A DNA stretch of 64,000 bases, taken from positions 1 through 64,000 of the forward strand of contig JBEKHN010000003.1 of assembly GCA_050012255.1 (NCBI GenBank), written 5' to 3'. The stretch comes from Candidatus Bathyarchaeia archaeon (GTDB lineage Archaea; Thermoproteota; Bathyarchaeia; Bathyarchaeales; Bathycorpusculaceae). Of this stretch, positions 9,667 through 19,734 are shown one piece after another (position 1 is the stretch's first letter; every line of letters begins with the position of its first letter). The translations under genes and the position numbers were made by a program. Below the pieces are notes generated by a model. That model was not told the DNA's origin, did not search any database, and worked only from the letters and a program-made list of their open reading frames with translations.

Positions 9667-9710
9667 GCTCCTTCAGAGTATCCTTCTTTCTCTGAACAGA
9701 AAAGGCTTTT

Positions 9711-12700
9711 TCAAGCGAAATCCGTTAGACTGATCTGCTTGGGCTTCCTACTATCAAACAGCGCACTGATCTCCTCTTTCACAAGCGAAATCCTCTGTGA
9801 ATAGTACTTAGGCAAGTCATACCTGTCAATCAGATGCTGCGCTACTTCTAAGTACTTCTCAATGCCGCCGCGATAGACGGTCAACGTTAATTCTCCACCG
9901 CACGATGGACATTTGCCCCGAAGGGGCAGACGCCGGAAGCGTTTACTACATGACTTGCACCTGAAACCCTGTGTTGAAAAAGCCCGCAGGTTCCCCGCGA
10001 TGTCTCGCATGAAATGCTTCGTCAAGACCTTCAGGGCCACTTTGTCTGCATCTACAGCCACAATCTTCTCGGCCAATTCAAGTTGGCCTTCAAGCTTATC
10101 TGTCATCGCTTTGAGACTTTTATAAGAACTTTCAGGGTTGCCCATGTTAACGTTGGACACGGGCGTCGTAAAGTTGAAGCCCTCAAACTGCGCCTCAGTG
10201 CCAAGACGGTAACCCACGAGGTCTATCATTGAACTGACCTGTCTAGCTTCCACCTTTTCCCATGTTTTCTCAAAAAACTCAAGCGGATAGGAATCGGCAA
10301 CGTCAAAGTCGTGGGCCTGCCTCTGCACCTCATTTGTGTTCACAACTGGAATGAGCAGGAGCGGAGCATCCATTATCCCACCGATCTGTGCGGGCAGGTA
10401 CTCGCGTGAGAAGTTGAGCAGCGTGTCGAGGGCAAGCATCAGAGTGTCTTCATCGCCATCACAGTCTCTCCTCTTCGCCGAGTGCCAAATGGGGTGTGCA
10501 TAGCAGAGGTTCAGGTTCGTGAAGCCTACGATCCGTCCTAAGATTCCTACGCAGGTGTGGGGAGCTAGGCCAACGATGAGGTGCCCAACTAGGTCTTCGG
10601 TTTGTCGTACATGGTAGAATGGCGGAAGTCCATAAACCTTGGATAGAAGTTCGTCTAAAAAACTTGCGACACTCACGAAGTATTCTGCAGCTTTCACAGG
10701 AATAACGACGTCCTGAAGCTTGAGTTCGCACACTTGACTTGCATCCGCCAATGGCGCGCCTCTTACGTCACAGGTGTAACCAAGCTCCCTAAGTGTCTGG
10801 GCTGAAACCTCAACTTCAGAAGGCTTGAAGTGTGTCAAAGGGGCATTGGTGGTGTCAAAACGTATCGTTCCATCCTTGTAAACTGAAAGATCATGCTTTG
10901 ACCGCAGAACGCCCTTTTCGAGTATTTCAGGCGTCTTGGTTTGATTTGTCAGCCCCTTAACTCCCTTCAAGATCCGTGGCATCGAAACGGACAAGTCATA
11001 GCATGCGCTCTCAAGCATCTCTCTAAAATTGACGACCTGCTTCTGGAATCTTATCGCAGAGGTCTTGCAAATAGGGCATTCATCTTGTTTCAGGCTCTTT
11101 CCACATCGTGGGCAACTCTTCTCAGGAACCGTTTCCGAACCGCATGCGGGGCATTTGACGCGAGAAGTGAAGGTCCCACATCCTGGGCACTTTCGTTTGA
11201 TGATTTCCACAAAGGTCGGCCCATGCTTTGCTGCTTCAACGAGGTCTCTCTGCGAACCTCCTGCTAGACCGACCGGGAAAAGAACATGCACAAGTGGCTT
11301 CATCTCGCGCCTCTTTGCCTTTTCAGGCCTGCCCATTCTTGTGCCTACAAACGTGGGGGCCTTATCCTTGACCTGCACACCTGACAGAGAATTGACGGCT
11401 TCCAGAACGGTTTTTGCAGATGAAAAACTCAGGCCGCATGGAGCTCCGTAGCCTAGGCAAAAAGCGAAGGCACCAGCGTCTTCTCCCTCAATGATCATCT
11501 TGTCGTTTAAGACTTTATGAGGGAGGCATATCATTTCCAAGGCACACTTAACCTCTGAATCCGTTTCGCCTACAATCTTTCGAACGGCAGCACCTTCAGT
11601 TTGTACTTGAGACCCGAGAAGCCATGTTCTCACCTGTTCAAGCTGCTCGACTGAGGAAAGGCTTGACCAGAAGAACGTGAAAGCTGGGTGTAATGGAACA
11701 CGCATTTCTGTTGAAAGCGCAACAGCTTCAGAGAGGCTGGGCTTACTGACGAAAAAGTTTGTTAAGAGACTCTTCAATCTTTCGGGTTGAATACCCACAG
11801 TTTCAGAGACCCTTTCAACGTTGCCATCAAACTTTTCCGCAACTTTCCTTCGCAGATCTTCAGCCCACCACTCTTCGACGTAGCCCGAAGGCGTTAGAAA
11901 CCTGCTGTTGTAGAGGAAATCCCCAAAACTGACGAGAATGTCTCCGAGGAAGAGTATCTTCTCAATTCGGCCTTTTGCCTCCTTGAACTCGTCCACTGAG
12001 ACTCGGATAACCGACCCGTCGTTCAGCCGCACTACTGGGCCCTCGATCGCGTCGACTGGAACCACGATGCCGCCTTTTCCAGGGAGCTCCATCCGGAGTT
12101 GTGTTCCACCTGCGAGGAAACCGTCTAACACGAGCATGGTTGCTGGATGGATGCCCACGGCTGCTAGGCCCGTGTTTCTTGCTCTGCCGTATCTTAAGCG
12201 GAAACCTCCCCGTCTTGAGGGGAAAGAGAACACGGGGCGTCCCGCAATGACGTCGTCCATGAACCCGGAGGATTTTTTCTCGGATCTTCTGTGAAGGTCG
12301 CTGAGCCAGTCCCATCCTTGAAACCCGAGTTTTTCGATGATTGTAAAAACTTTCTGGGCTCGTCCGACGATGCCGTCGTTTACAACTCTGAGCGCTCCGC
12401 CCCTGACGCGGTTGGTCTCTACCCGCGGGAGGTTACGGAACATGGACACTTCAATCGGGTCAGACTCCGTGCCAGTCACCTCAACTGGCAACCACTCAAG
12501 GGCCTTTCTCAACTCTTCGTCAGGAATGTGATACTGGAAGCGCATTCCTGAGGAGCGTTCGTAGGTTCTGAGTTCTTCAATGAAACGTGACGTTTCTTCC
12601 TCCGTGGGCTTGTAGCGGTCAAGTCCGAGGAGGCGCCGAACGAAATCACCTACAACCAGCGTTAACGCTTGGTCTGTTCCACCTGCGGACCTTATAGGAC

Positions 12701-13130
12701 CTGCAAAATATATAGCAAGGTAACGTGTCCGGTCGCTATTTGCTTTGATCTTCACATGCGCTACTCCCTGTATTGGCGCTGCCGTCAGACCTTCCGTGAA
12801 AATCGCCAGCGCTGTTCGAATCGCCTGTTCTGCAGCGGCTTCTGGTTCCATGTGTCCGAACTTGCCGTGGACTACCTCTTCGGTCACCTTGAACGCCAGC
12901 TCTTCCCTCGAAAGCCTAGAGCTAAGCTCCCTTATGCTGTCAGCAACTCCCTTCGGACCCACGAGCCCCTCAACGAGGTCGGCCAGATCCTTAGCGATCC
13001 CGCACTCAGGTTTAAGCGAAGGGTCAAGCCCCTTCGCCCTAGCATTCTTGCTCAGTTCGCAGAGTTGGGTCAGCCCACTTTCAAGGGCCTCAGCGTATTG
13101 CCGGTAAGCTGCGCTCATCTTTTCGCCCAA
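9711..13130 (-). CDS. polC: DNA polymerase D large subunit DP2
   Basis: GPIRSAGGT, RLRYGRARNTG, KRRDCDGDED catalytic motif, Zn fingers, C-terminal QISLTDF PIP box; no intein. Confidence 0.97.
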   Translation of the reverse strand: MGEKMSAAYRQYAEALESGLTQLCELSKNARAKGLDPSLKPECGIAKDLADLVEGLVGPKGVADSIRELSSRLSREELAFKVTEEVVHGKFGHMEPEAAAEQAIRTALAIFTEGLTAAPIQGVAHVKIKANSDRTRYLAIYFAGPIRSAGGTDQALTLVVGDFVRRLLGLDRYKPTEEETSRFIEELRTYERSSGMRFQYHIPDEELRKALEWLPVEVTGTESDPIEVSMFRNLPRVETNRVRGGALRVVNDGIVGRAQKVFTIIEKLGFQGWDWLSDLHRRSEKKSSGFMDDVIAGRPVFSFPSRRGGFRLRYGRARNTGLAAVGIHPATMLVLDGFLAGGTQLRMELPGKGGIVVPVDAIEGPVVRLNDGSVIRVSVDEFKEAKGRIEKILFLGDILVSFGDFLYNSRFLTPSGYVEEWWAEDLRRKVAEKFDGNVERVSETVGIQPERLKSLLTNFFVSKPSLSEAVALSTEMRVPLHPAFTFFWSSLSSVEQLEQVRTWLLGSQVQTEGAAVRKIVGETDSEVKCALEMICLPHKVLNDKMIIEGEDAGAFAFCLGYGAPCGLSFSSAKTVLEAVNSLSGVQVKDKAPTFVGTRMGRPEKAKRREMKPLVHVLFPVGLAGGSQRDLVEAAKHGPTFVEIIKRKCPGCGTFTSRVKCPACGSETVPEKSCPRCGKSLKQDECPICKTSAIRFQKQVVNFREMLESACYDLSVSMPRILKGVKGLTNQTKTPEILEKGVLRSKHDLSVYKDGTIRFDTTNAPLTHFKPSEVEVSAQTLRELGYTCDVRGAPLADASQVCELKLQDVVIPVKAAEYFVSVASFLDELLSKVYGLPPFYHVRQTEDLVGHLIVGLAPHTCVGILGRIVGFTNLNLCYAHPIWHSAKRRDCDGDEDTLMLALDTLLNFSREYLPAQIGGIMDAPLLLIPVVNTNEVQRQAHDFDVADSYPLEFFEKTWEKVEARQVSSMIDLVGYRLGTEAQFEGFNFTTPVSNVNMGNPESSYKSLKAMTDKLEGQLELAEKIVAVDADKVALKVLTKHFMRDIAGNLRAFSTQGFRCKSCSKRFRRLPLRGKCPSCGGELTLTVYRGGIEKYLEVAQHLIDRYDLPKYYSQRISLVKEEISALFDSRKPKQISLTDFA

Positions 13131-13455
13131 GTCTCCCACTCGCAAAACCTTTGTGCATGAAACAGGCTTATTTCTGTTCTCTGACAGGAACAAGTCAAAA
13201 AGTCAAATTACTGAACCTTCCCACTCCGTGCGAATTCTACACAAACAAACTGCTGGTTCCCACACTCCTAACGCGCGGCTGGTTGCTCCTTAGTCGCCTC
13301 TCTAGCAGGCTTACCTCTCTGCGCAGTCTCTGCAGCTTGGACGATGTAGGTAGCGCGCGTGTCAAACTCTCATTTTGAAAGTGGTGTCTCCACCAGTAAC
13401 AAGGCTCTGCAAGTGTCCGACTAAAAGTCGCTAACGGTATCTGCCGCAGATAAGA

Positions 13456-13507
13456 CCTGGGGGTAGGCGTGTTAGACGAGGTAAAACACAAAACAGGGAA
13501 GGTTAGG
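13456..13507 (+). repeat. Partial copy of G-string dispersed repeat
   Basis: GGGGGTAGGCGTGTTAGACGAGGTAAAACACAAAACAGGGA matches the reverse complement of 62667-62709 (GGGGGTATGCGTGTTAGACGAGTGAAAACGCGAACACAGGGA). Confidence 0.65.
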
Positions 13508-13643
13508 CCGAGGCTACACTAACAGGCCATCCAAGCGCATTGAGGCCTGATGCGTTGCCGTTTGAAATGGTTAAACAACGAGACGTCTTCGCTGGTGAAG
13601 TTTCAAGGGCGTTGAAGCGGGTTCTAGAGCCGTCAACGGCCTT

Positions 13644-14396
13644 TCAAGTCCTGCCGCGTCGTATGCCTTCGATGATTTCCGAAACCTTGTGCTTGATGCC
13701 TGTCTCCTCAACGAGGTTGCCTGTGACGATTATGTCTGCGCCCGCTGACGCCGCGGTTAATGCCTGCTCTCGGGATCTTATGCCACCCCCAACAACCAGG
13801 GGCACATCAACGTAATGCTTCACAGCGCGGATCATCTCAGAAGGAACTGGGTTCTTGGCACCCGACCCACCTTCCAGGTAGATGAAGCGCATGCCCAAGT
13901 ACTGGCCTGCTAAGGCGTGGGCCGCCGCTAGCTCAGGCTTGTCGTACGGGATTGGAATTGCCCTGCCCACAACGCCCGCTGTGCCGCCCTCACCAACGAT
14001 TACGTAGCCAAGCGGGAGAGGTTCCAAACCGTACCTTTTTACAAGGGGAGCCCCCAAGATCTGAGCCCCCATCAGAAAGTACGGGTCCACCGAGTTCAGA
14101 AGCGACATAAACCATATCGCATCTGCGTAACGGCTTATACCAGTAACATTGTTGGGGAAAAGGATTATCGGAATCTTCACAGCACGCTTGACCATCTTCA
14201 CAACATCATCCAGATGAGCCGCAGACACGAACGTCGACCCACCGATCATAATGGCCGAAGTCTCGCATGCTCTCGCTTTACCCGCGATCTTCGAAGCCTG
14301 GGGCGGAGTCACCCTTTCAGGGTCTATGAGCGTTATGTGAATGGAACCCTCGACCGCGATCTTTTCAAGAAGATACTTCTCAACGTTACCTTCCAT
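13644..14396 (-). CDS. Geranylgeranylglyceryl phosphate synthase
   Basis: HITLIDP, IMIGGS, ILFP, IYLEGGSGA, VGGGIR. Confidence 0.93.
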   Translation of the reverse strand: MEGNVEKYLLEKIAVEGSIHITLIDPERVTPPQASKIAGKARACETSAIMIGGSTFVSAAHLDDVVKMVKRAVKIPIILFPNNVTGISRYADAIWFMSLLNSVDPYFLMGAQILGAPLVKRYGLEPLPLGYVIVGEGGTAGVVGRAIPIPYDKPELAAAHALAGQYLGMRFIYLEGGSGAKNPVPSEMIRAVKHYVDVPLVVGGGIRSREQALTAASAGADIIVTGNLVEETGIKHKVSEIIEGIRRGRT

Positions 14397-14410
14397 AAAG
14401 ACCGACCTGA

Positions 14411-14674
14411 TCAGGCACCCTTGATCACAGCAGAGGGCCTTCGAGACTGGCTATACGTCTTATCGGTGAACATGCAGTAAACGTCAACCTCAGCCTGAGC
14501 AGGCTTAACCGGGAACCGCTCCTTGAGACCACAGCTACCGCATCCAACGACTGCGCATCCTTCCTCACGAAGAATCTCAACCCTCACCGTTTCCTTCCCA
14601 CACCTAGGACAAGGGAACAGTCTTGGAAGATGCTTCCTAGGGATGCGTACAACCTTTTTCCTTCTTCTACCCAT
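14411..14674 (-). CDS. elf1: Transcription elongation factor Elf1
   Basis: MGRRRKK...[11 protein letters not shown]...CGSCG...VDVYC. Confidence 0.9.
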   Translation of the reverse strand: MGRRRKKVVRIPRKHLPRLFPCPRCGKETVRVEILREEGCAVVGCGSCGLKERFPVKPAQAEVDVYCMFTDKTYSQSRRPSAVIKGA

Positions 14675-14770
14675 ATCCGGGTCCTTCTCCGCTGGGAACG
14701 TCAGACACCCATATTTATGTTTGTCCTTAAATAGTTGCCGACAACCATACACCCATGGGAGCGCACCCCT

Positions 14771-15613
14771 TTGAAGTTGACGCCTACAGTTCTTGACCTA
14801 AACCTGCCAGAAACGGAGAACAGGATCCAACGGTTCATCAAGGACTACGTGGAGAACACGGGCGCAAAGGGCATGGTCTTGGGAGTATCCGGTGGAATAG
14901 ACAGCTGTACCGTAGCAGCGATATCGGCTAGAGCCATAGGCGGAGACAAGGTCCTAGGACTCATGCTACCCGAAAAAGAAACGCGAAGCTCCAAAGACAT
15001 CGAACATGCGAAACTCGTTGCTAAGAAATTCCATTTCAAAACAGAAACAATCGACATCACAGCTCCGCTAGAGGCGTTCTACAGTTCAATGAGGCTATAC
15101 GACCCTTCAGACAAACTGAGCAAGGGCAACATAAAGGCGCGGACACGCATGGTCTACTTATACTACTACGCGAACAGGCTGAGCATGCTCGTCTGCGGAA
15201 GCTCAGACAAATCAGAAACCATGATGGGCTACTTCACGAAATGGGGAGATGTTGCGGCTGACATATCGCCGATAATGGATTTGTACAAGACCCAAGTTCG
15301 AAAAGTAGCCCAGCACATAGGCATTCCAAGAGAAGTCGTCGAAAAACCCTCTTCCCCTGGTCTCTGGCCAAACCAGCTGGCCGAGGACGAACTGGGCATG
15401 AAGTATGAACAGCTTGACCTTATCCTATACGGACTGGAACATTTCCTGAAGCCAGAGGAAATAGCCGATAAGCTGCAGATTGAAAAAGGCACAGTCATCA
15501 GAATAGAGCGCAGGTGGCTTTCAGCAGAACACAAGAGGCGCATGTTACTGACAGCAAAGCTTGAATATCGAACGGTAGGTACTGACTTCAGACTTCCACG
15601 CGGCCCCTGTTAG
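14771..15613 (+). CDS. nadE: NAD+ synthetase (synthetase domain only)
   Basis: [31 protein letters not shown]; TTG start inferred. Confidence 0.95.
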   Translation: MKLTPTVLDLNLPETENRIQRFIKDYVENTGAKGMVLGVSGGIDSCTVAAISARAIGGDKVLGLMLPEKETRSSKDIEHAKLVAKKFHFKTETIDITAPLEAFYSSMRLYDPSDKLSKGNIKARTRMVYLYYYANRLSMLVCGSSDKSETMMGYFTKWGDVAADISPIMDLYKTQVRKVAQHIGIPREVVEKPSSPGLWPNQLAEDELGMKYEQLDLILYGLEHFLKPEEIADKLQIEKGTVIRIERRWLSAEHKRRMLLTAKLEYRTVGTDFRLPRGPC

Positions 15614-15635
15614 ACTGAATGGAGGAGGATAGTTA

Positions 15636-16469
15636 ATGAAGGAGAGATTTATGGTTGCTCTAGCGCAGATTAGCTGCAAACCGGGAGACAAGGAACAGAA
15701 TCTGAAGAAGATCGAAACAGCCGTCACCAGAGCCGAGGAGAAAGGAGCAGACCTCGTGATATTGCCAGAACTCTCGCTCACGGGCTACGTTGTGAGAGAC
15801 CAGATCTATGAATTGGCTGAGGAGATCCCTGGACCATCGACGAGAATCATAGAGAGAATTGCTAGGGATGCAGGTATACATGTCGTTTTTGGTATGCCTG
15901 AAAAGAGCAAAATGGCGCAGGCTACCCTTCACAACACCGCAGTGCTTGTGGGCCCCAAGGGCTTAATTGGCAAGTACCGCAAGATGTACCTCCCAACTCA
16001 CAGCGTCTTTGAAGAAAAAAGATACTTTCGTCCAGGCTATGAGACCTCTGTCTTAGACACTGACCTTGGAAAGATAGGTTTGCTCATATGCTACGACATC
16101 TACTTCCCAGAAGTGACTCGGCTCACACGGCTCGAAGGAGCCCAACTGGTCGTGTGCATTTCAGCTTCACCCGCGGTTCGTCGGTCATTCTTTGAAATAC
16201 TCACGGCTGCACGTGCAGTCGAAAACACGACTTTTCTGGCCTTTGTGAACCTCATAGGAGTCGAGGACGGCTTGCAGTTCTGGGGCGGCAGCAGGCTAGT
16301 GGGACCTAACGGGAGAGTCCTCGCTCAAGCCAAGTACGACGAGGAAGATTTTGTGATAAGTGAGGTGGACTACGCCGACATAAGACCCCTTGAAGCCTTC
16401 GTCCCTACGTTGAAAGATTTACGTCCAGAATTGTTTGACAAGTTAAGGATGCGCGCGGAAGAATTGTAG
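15636..16469 (+). CDS. Carbon-nitrogen hydrolase (nitrilase family), possible glutaminase partner of NadE
   Basis: LPEL, YRKMYL, ICYD catalytic E-K-C triad; directly downstream of nadE. Confidence 0.88.
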   Translation: MKERFMVALAQISCKPGDKEQNLKKIETAVTRAEEKGADLVILPELSLTGYVVRDQIYELAEEIPGPSTRIIERIARDAGIHVVFGMPEKSKMAQATLHNTAVLVGPKGLIGKYRKMYLPTHSVFEEKRYFRPGYETSVLDTDLGKIGLLICYDIYFPEVTRLTRLEGAQLVVCISASPAVRRSFFEILTAARAVENTTFLAFVNLIGVEDGLQFWGGSRLVGPNGRVLAQAKYDEEDFVISEVDYADIRPLEAFVPTLKDLRPELFDKLRMRAEEL

Positions 16470-16539
16470 ATCAAAGAAAAAGTTAACCGCCAAAATCCGT
16501 TTACCTATTCTTCGAAAGTCGCCAAACAACCAAGCAGAC

Positions 16540-16940
16540 ATTGTCACAAGCTATCATCTTGGCACTTCATCAGAAATCACAACCATGTCACGTTTAAATG
16601 TCATCCTGTCAAGGGAATGGCGCCATTGAGAGGAAGAACTCCAGCAACCGAGTTGTTTGGAAATTGATGCTCATCACACGTGACTCACGTGTGACGGCAG
16701 GCGTCACACCACGCACCGCATGTTTGAAGCTATTATCCTTTAACAAAGAAATGCTGATTGTTTTGCGACTAGTAGAAACGGGCCCATACACAACGAACTC
16801 AAAATCGGCAAGCAATGCTACACTAGCCGGCTTCGCGAAACCGTCAAAGAAGAGAAGATACTTTCGCCCTCCCATTTGTCACAAGCACGTCACAGTTCCG
16901 GCCACAGCCAAGCTTCTCACCCTGATATGTTCTTCACGCT
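16540..16940. promoter_or_regulatory. TCAC/GTGA motif cluster including a perfect 21-bp palindrome
   Basis: About 12 TCAC/GTGA in 400 bp; TCACACGTGA-C-TCACGTGTGA at 16674-16694; TTGTCACAAGC twice. Confidence 0.6.
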
Positions 16941-17287
16941 AGAACCTCCTAATACTCAGCGCTCCTTCTCTTGCTCCTTCCCACCTAGCCCCAAGATGTC
17001 TTTAGTGAACGAAAATCAGCCTCCTCGTAGGGGCAGGTTAATTCGTCTTGGCATTCCTTGGACCAAAGCAAGAAAACGGCACAGTACACAAAGCTTCGGT
17101 CGTTTGAGGCTCCCGACTTGGTCAAAACCAGAAACCGCTCGCTTTCCCTAATCATTTGCCGATTCCCTGGCATGCACGTCTTCTGCCTGGAGAAGTCAAA
17201 GCGCGCCACACCGGAATTCGATACTTTTAAGAGCTGGGCCCGTATACAACAACGTATTCATTCACATCATCTCAGGAGCGACGAGAC

Positions 17288-17767
17288 TTGAAGCTAAGAG
17301 ATAGCGTCCGATCAATGCTAGCAAGCTCAATTAACGACCCGATTGCCAAAATCATGGCTGACAACAGCCATTTAACAACAACCCAGCTCGAAACGCTCCT
17401 CATCGACATATTATCCGACAATATCGCAGGCAAATCGCTGAAGTACGACGAAAAGGCCCGATTGAGACTAACCAAGGCCAAAATCAGCCGTGGAGCGTTC
17501 AACCGAACCCTGAAGCAAGCCAGGCAAAATGTCACAAAATCCATCTACACGGTAATACTGCTAGGGTACTTGGGACTCTTTGAGACCACAACTCTTGACC
17601 CATACCTTGAGGTCGCAAACCAACTGCACACGTATCTGGATGCGTACAAGAACGCGGTCAAGGAAGGCACAAGCATGAGTGAACGACTAAAGATCATGGG
17701 TTTGCTCCGCCAACAGCTCGAAACAAGCCTGGAAGAGCTCTCTAGCCGTTCGACGAGACGGATGTGA
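17288..17767 (+). CDS. Conserved hypothetical protein with HTH-like segment
   Basis: LTTTQLETL...YDEKARLR...ISRGAFNRTLKQARQNV helix-turn-helix pattern followed by helical C-terminus. Confidence 0.7.
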   Translation: MKLRDSVRSMLASSINDPIAKIMADNSHLTTTQLETLLIDILSDNIAGKSLKYDEKARLRLTKAKISRGAFNRTLKQARQNVTKSIYTVILLGYLGLFETTTLDPYLEVANQLHTYLDAYKNAVKEGTSMSERLKIMGLLRQQLETSLEELSSRSTRRM

Positions 17768-18056
17768 CGTCACAAATCACGCCCCGCAATACGGCACTTA
17801 TGCCCCGCAACCGTAGCTTTTCGCAGAAGACAGATTCACGTCGCAAATCTGGATAAGCACCCAAAGCGGCCCTCTTTCTAGAGAGCATTCGTAAGCCTCC
17901 AAACATGTCGATTTAACTTGAAAGCGTGACGTGTGATATCATGCCTGCCCGTCACCATGGTACGCATCATAAGTCTTAAATGCCACATGGGTGAGATGTG
18001 ATGCGTGATGCAACATGCTCGAGTCACGCATAATCACGTTTGAATCACAGGTGAAT
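17763..18056. promoter_or_regulatory. TCAC/GTGA motif cluster
   Basis: 14 TCAC/GTGA in about 295 bp; palindrome TGTGACGTCACA at 17763-17774 overlaps the upstream stop codon; GTGA at 17991/17998/18005. Confidence 0.65.
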
Positions 18057-18061
18057 TTCTA

Positions 18062-18775
18062 TTGGATTATCTGCTGTTTGCCCTCGTGAGTTGTCTGCTC
18101 ACAACCACCGCAGTTTCGGCGTCGGAATATTACCGTAGGTTGCGTCAAGCCAAAAGGGAATATGAAGAAGCACGAGGGGCGGTTGAGGACATTGTTTTGA
18201 GCTTCAATAGGCAGTTTAGGCGCGGAGGCGAGAAGCTGGAGACACTTGCATACAAGGTTGCGGCTGTGGATTCGAAAAACGACAGAATACTGGGCATGAT
18301 GGGAGATATACAAAAGAGGATAAGCACCGCGGAGGCAAAGGTCGGTGCCGACTCTGAAGGTAGAGAGAAGTTGGCAGTTCGGCTAGCTGAAGTTGAAAAC
18401 AAAACACGTGACATAGTAGCATCACAAGAAGCAGTCACAGCAAAGATTGTAAACTTGGAACAGCAGGCTAGGGAATTCTCAGCCGCCCCTGAAGCCAGCC
18501 TCGAAGCGGCGATACCAATAAGGAGAGAGAAGGCGTTAGCACAGTTGACTGCAACAGAGGTTGCTGTGTTGGAGATGCTAGCATCAGAGGGGCCGAAGAC
18601 CGCGCCACAGATAAAGGAAAAAGTGAGACTTAGTAGAGAACACACGGCAAGGTTGATGAAGAAGCTCTACGAACAAGGATACTTGGAGAGGGAGACCGGC
18701 AAGATCCCGTTTAAGTACAGCGCCAAGAAGGAGATGGAGAAAATTCTGAGGAAACCAGAGGATCAAGCTGCCTAG
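18062..18775 (+). CDS. Membrane-anchored coiled-coil protein with C-terminal MarR-type winged helix
   Basis: Hydrophobic N-terminus (YLLFALVSCLLTTTAVSA), heptad-rich middle, LTATEVAVLEML...LSREHTARLMKKLYEQGYLER. Confidence 0.8.
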   Translation: MDYLLFALVSCLLTTTAVSASEYYRRLRQAKREYEEARGAVEDIVLSFNRQFRRGGEKLETLAYKVAAVDSKNDRILGMMGDIQKRISTAEAKVGADSEGREKLAVRLAEVENKTRDIVASQEAVTAKIVNLEQQAREFSAAPEASLEAAIPIRREKALAQLTATEVAVLEMLASEGPKTAPQIKEKVRLSREHTARLMKKLYEQGYLERETGKIPFKYSAKKEMEKILRKPEDQAA

Positions 18776-18814
18776 TTTGCCTGCAGGAATGAAAACTCGC
18801 GGCCGCGAGAAAGT

Positions 18815-19255
18815 TCACTGTTTCATTGCAATGTCCGTTGCTTTCGCGGTGACCTGCGGCATACTTGTTGCCGCTTTGTACTTCAAGCTGTTGGATGGCC
18901 CCGCTTTTAAAAGGAGCCTCTTTCCTGCCATCCTTGCGAGGTACGTTGCCACAGTACTCAGCCCTATTGGCTCTCTAAACTCCTGCTCGAACACAGTTTG
19001 TACCTCTCTGGAGCAGAACCAAACCACAGGGAAGTGTTTTTGAACTATTGCTCTAACCTTGTCATACTTTGACGGTTCTCTAGCCAAGGCGGGATTGAAA
19101 TCCGGGTTTCCTCCACCCCCAGGCATCCCACCAAGGAGTTCCACCAAGTCGAGCAGCCGCACCGCCTTATCGCGTGTGACCTGCCCTTCAAAGCTTATCG
19201 AGTAACGATTGCCCTCGCTGTCGAAAAGTTCGACGCGCATCTTTCTTGCCGGCAT
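18815..19255 (-). CDS. Two-domain hypothetical protein with C-terminal winged helix
   Basis: N-terminal beta-beta-alpha domain, Gly-rich linker, FCSREVQTVFE...IGLSTVATYLARM wHTH. Confidence 0.75.
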   Translation of the reverse strand: MPARKMRVELFDSEGNRYSISFEGQVTRDKAVRLLDLVELLGGMPGGGGNPDFNPALAREPSKYDKVRAIVQKHFPVVWFCSREVQTVFEQEFREPIGLSTVATYLARMAGKRLLLKAGPSNSLKYKAATSMPQVTAKATDIAMKQ

Positions 19256-19279
19256 TGGCATTGTACACCTAGCAGCTGT

Positions 19280-19581
19280 GTTCACAATTTCACAGTTCAC
19301 AAGCTATAATTGTTACGGTGAACAGTTTGCCCCAAAAGGGAAAGAAAAGGCCTCTAAACCGATAAAGCAGCCATATTTCCAGCCTTACTGACGTTACGCG
19401 GATAACAGGTTTCCAGAAGCTAAAAATGAGAATAGAGTCGGTACGAAACGCATTTTCCAGTGGAAGAGCAGGGGCGAGCTATTCACAGAAAAGAAGCATA
19501 GGGAACTCAATTGGAGGAAATAGGAGGAGTTGGAAACGACATTGATAAATAAACTTCACAAGGACTTCACGAAAAGTGAAC
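19280..19581. promoter_or_regulatory. TTCAC(A)/GTGAAC motif cluster
   Basis: TTCAC at 19281, 19289, 19296, 19482, 19555, 19566; GTGAAC at 19318, 19576. Confidence 0.55.
19455..19474 (+). promoter_or_regulatory. Origin recognition box (ORB)
   Basis: TTCCAGTGGAAGAGCAGGGG: ORB dyad plus G-string. Confidence 0.88.
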
Positions 19582-19714
19582 AGAAAGTTGGGCAAAAGCG
19601 CGCGCCGCAACGGGCTGGAGGTTTCAGAGGATCCGCGATTAGAGGGGCATGACGCAAGAAAACGGATCTGATTGATAATCCGCATCATAAATAGTATGTA
19701 GGAGAGAAGTCGCA

Positions 19715-19734
19715 CCCCTGCATTTCCATTGGAA
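19715..19734 (-). promoter_or_regulatory. Origin recognition box (ORB), inverted
   Basis: Minus strand TTCCAATGGAAATGCAGGGG. Confidence 0.88.

Noticed and set aside
16598-17291. Several 70-115 aa ORFs left of the origin module
   Set aside because: Mutually overlapping with no recognisable motifs; the region is better explained as a non-coding motif array
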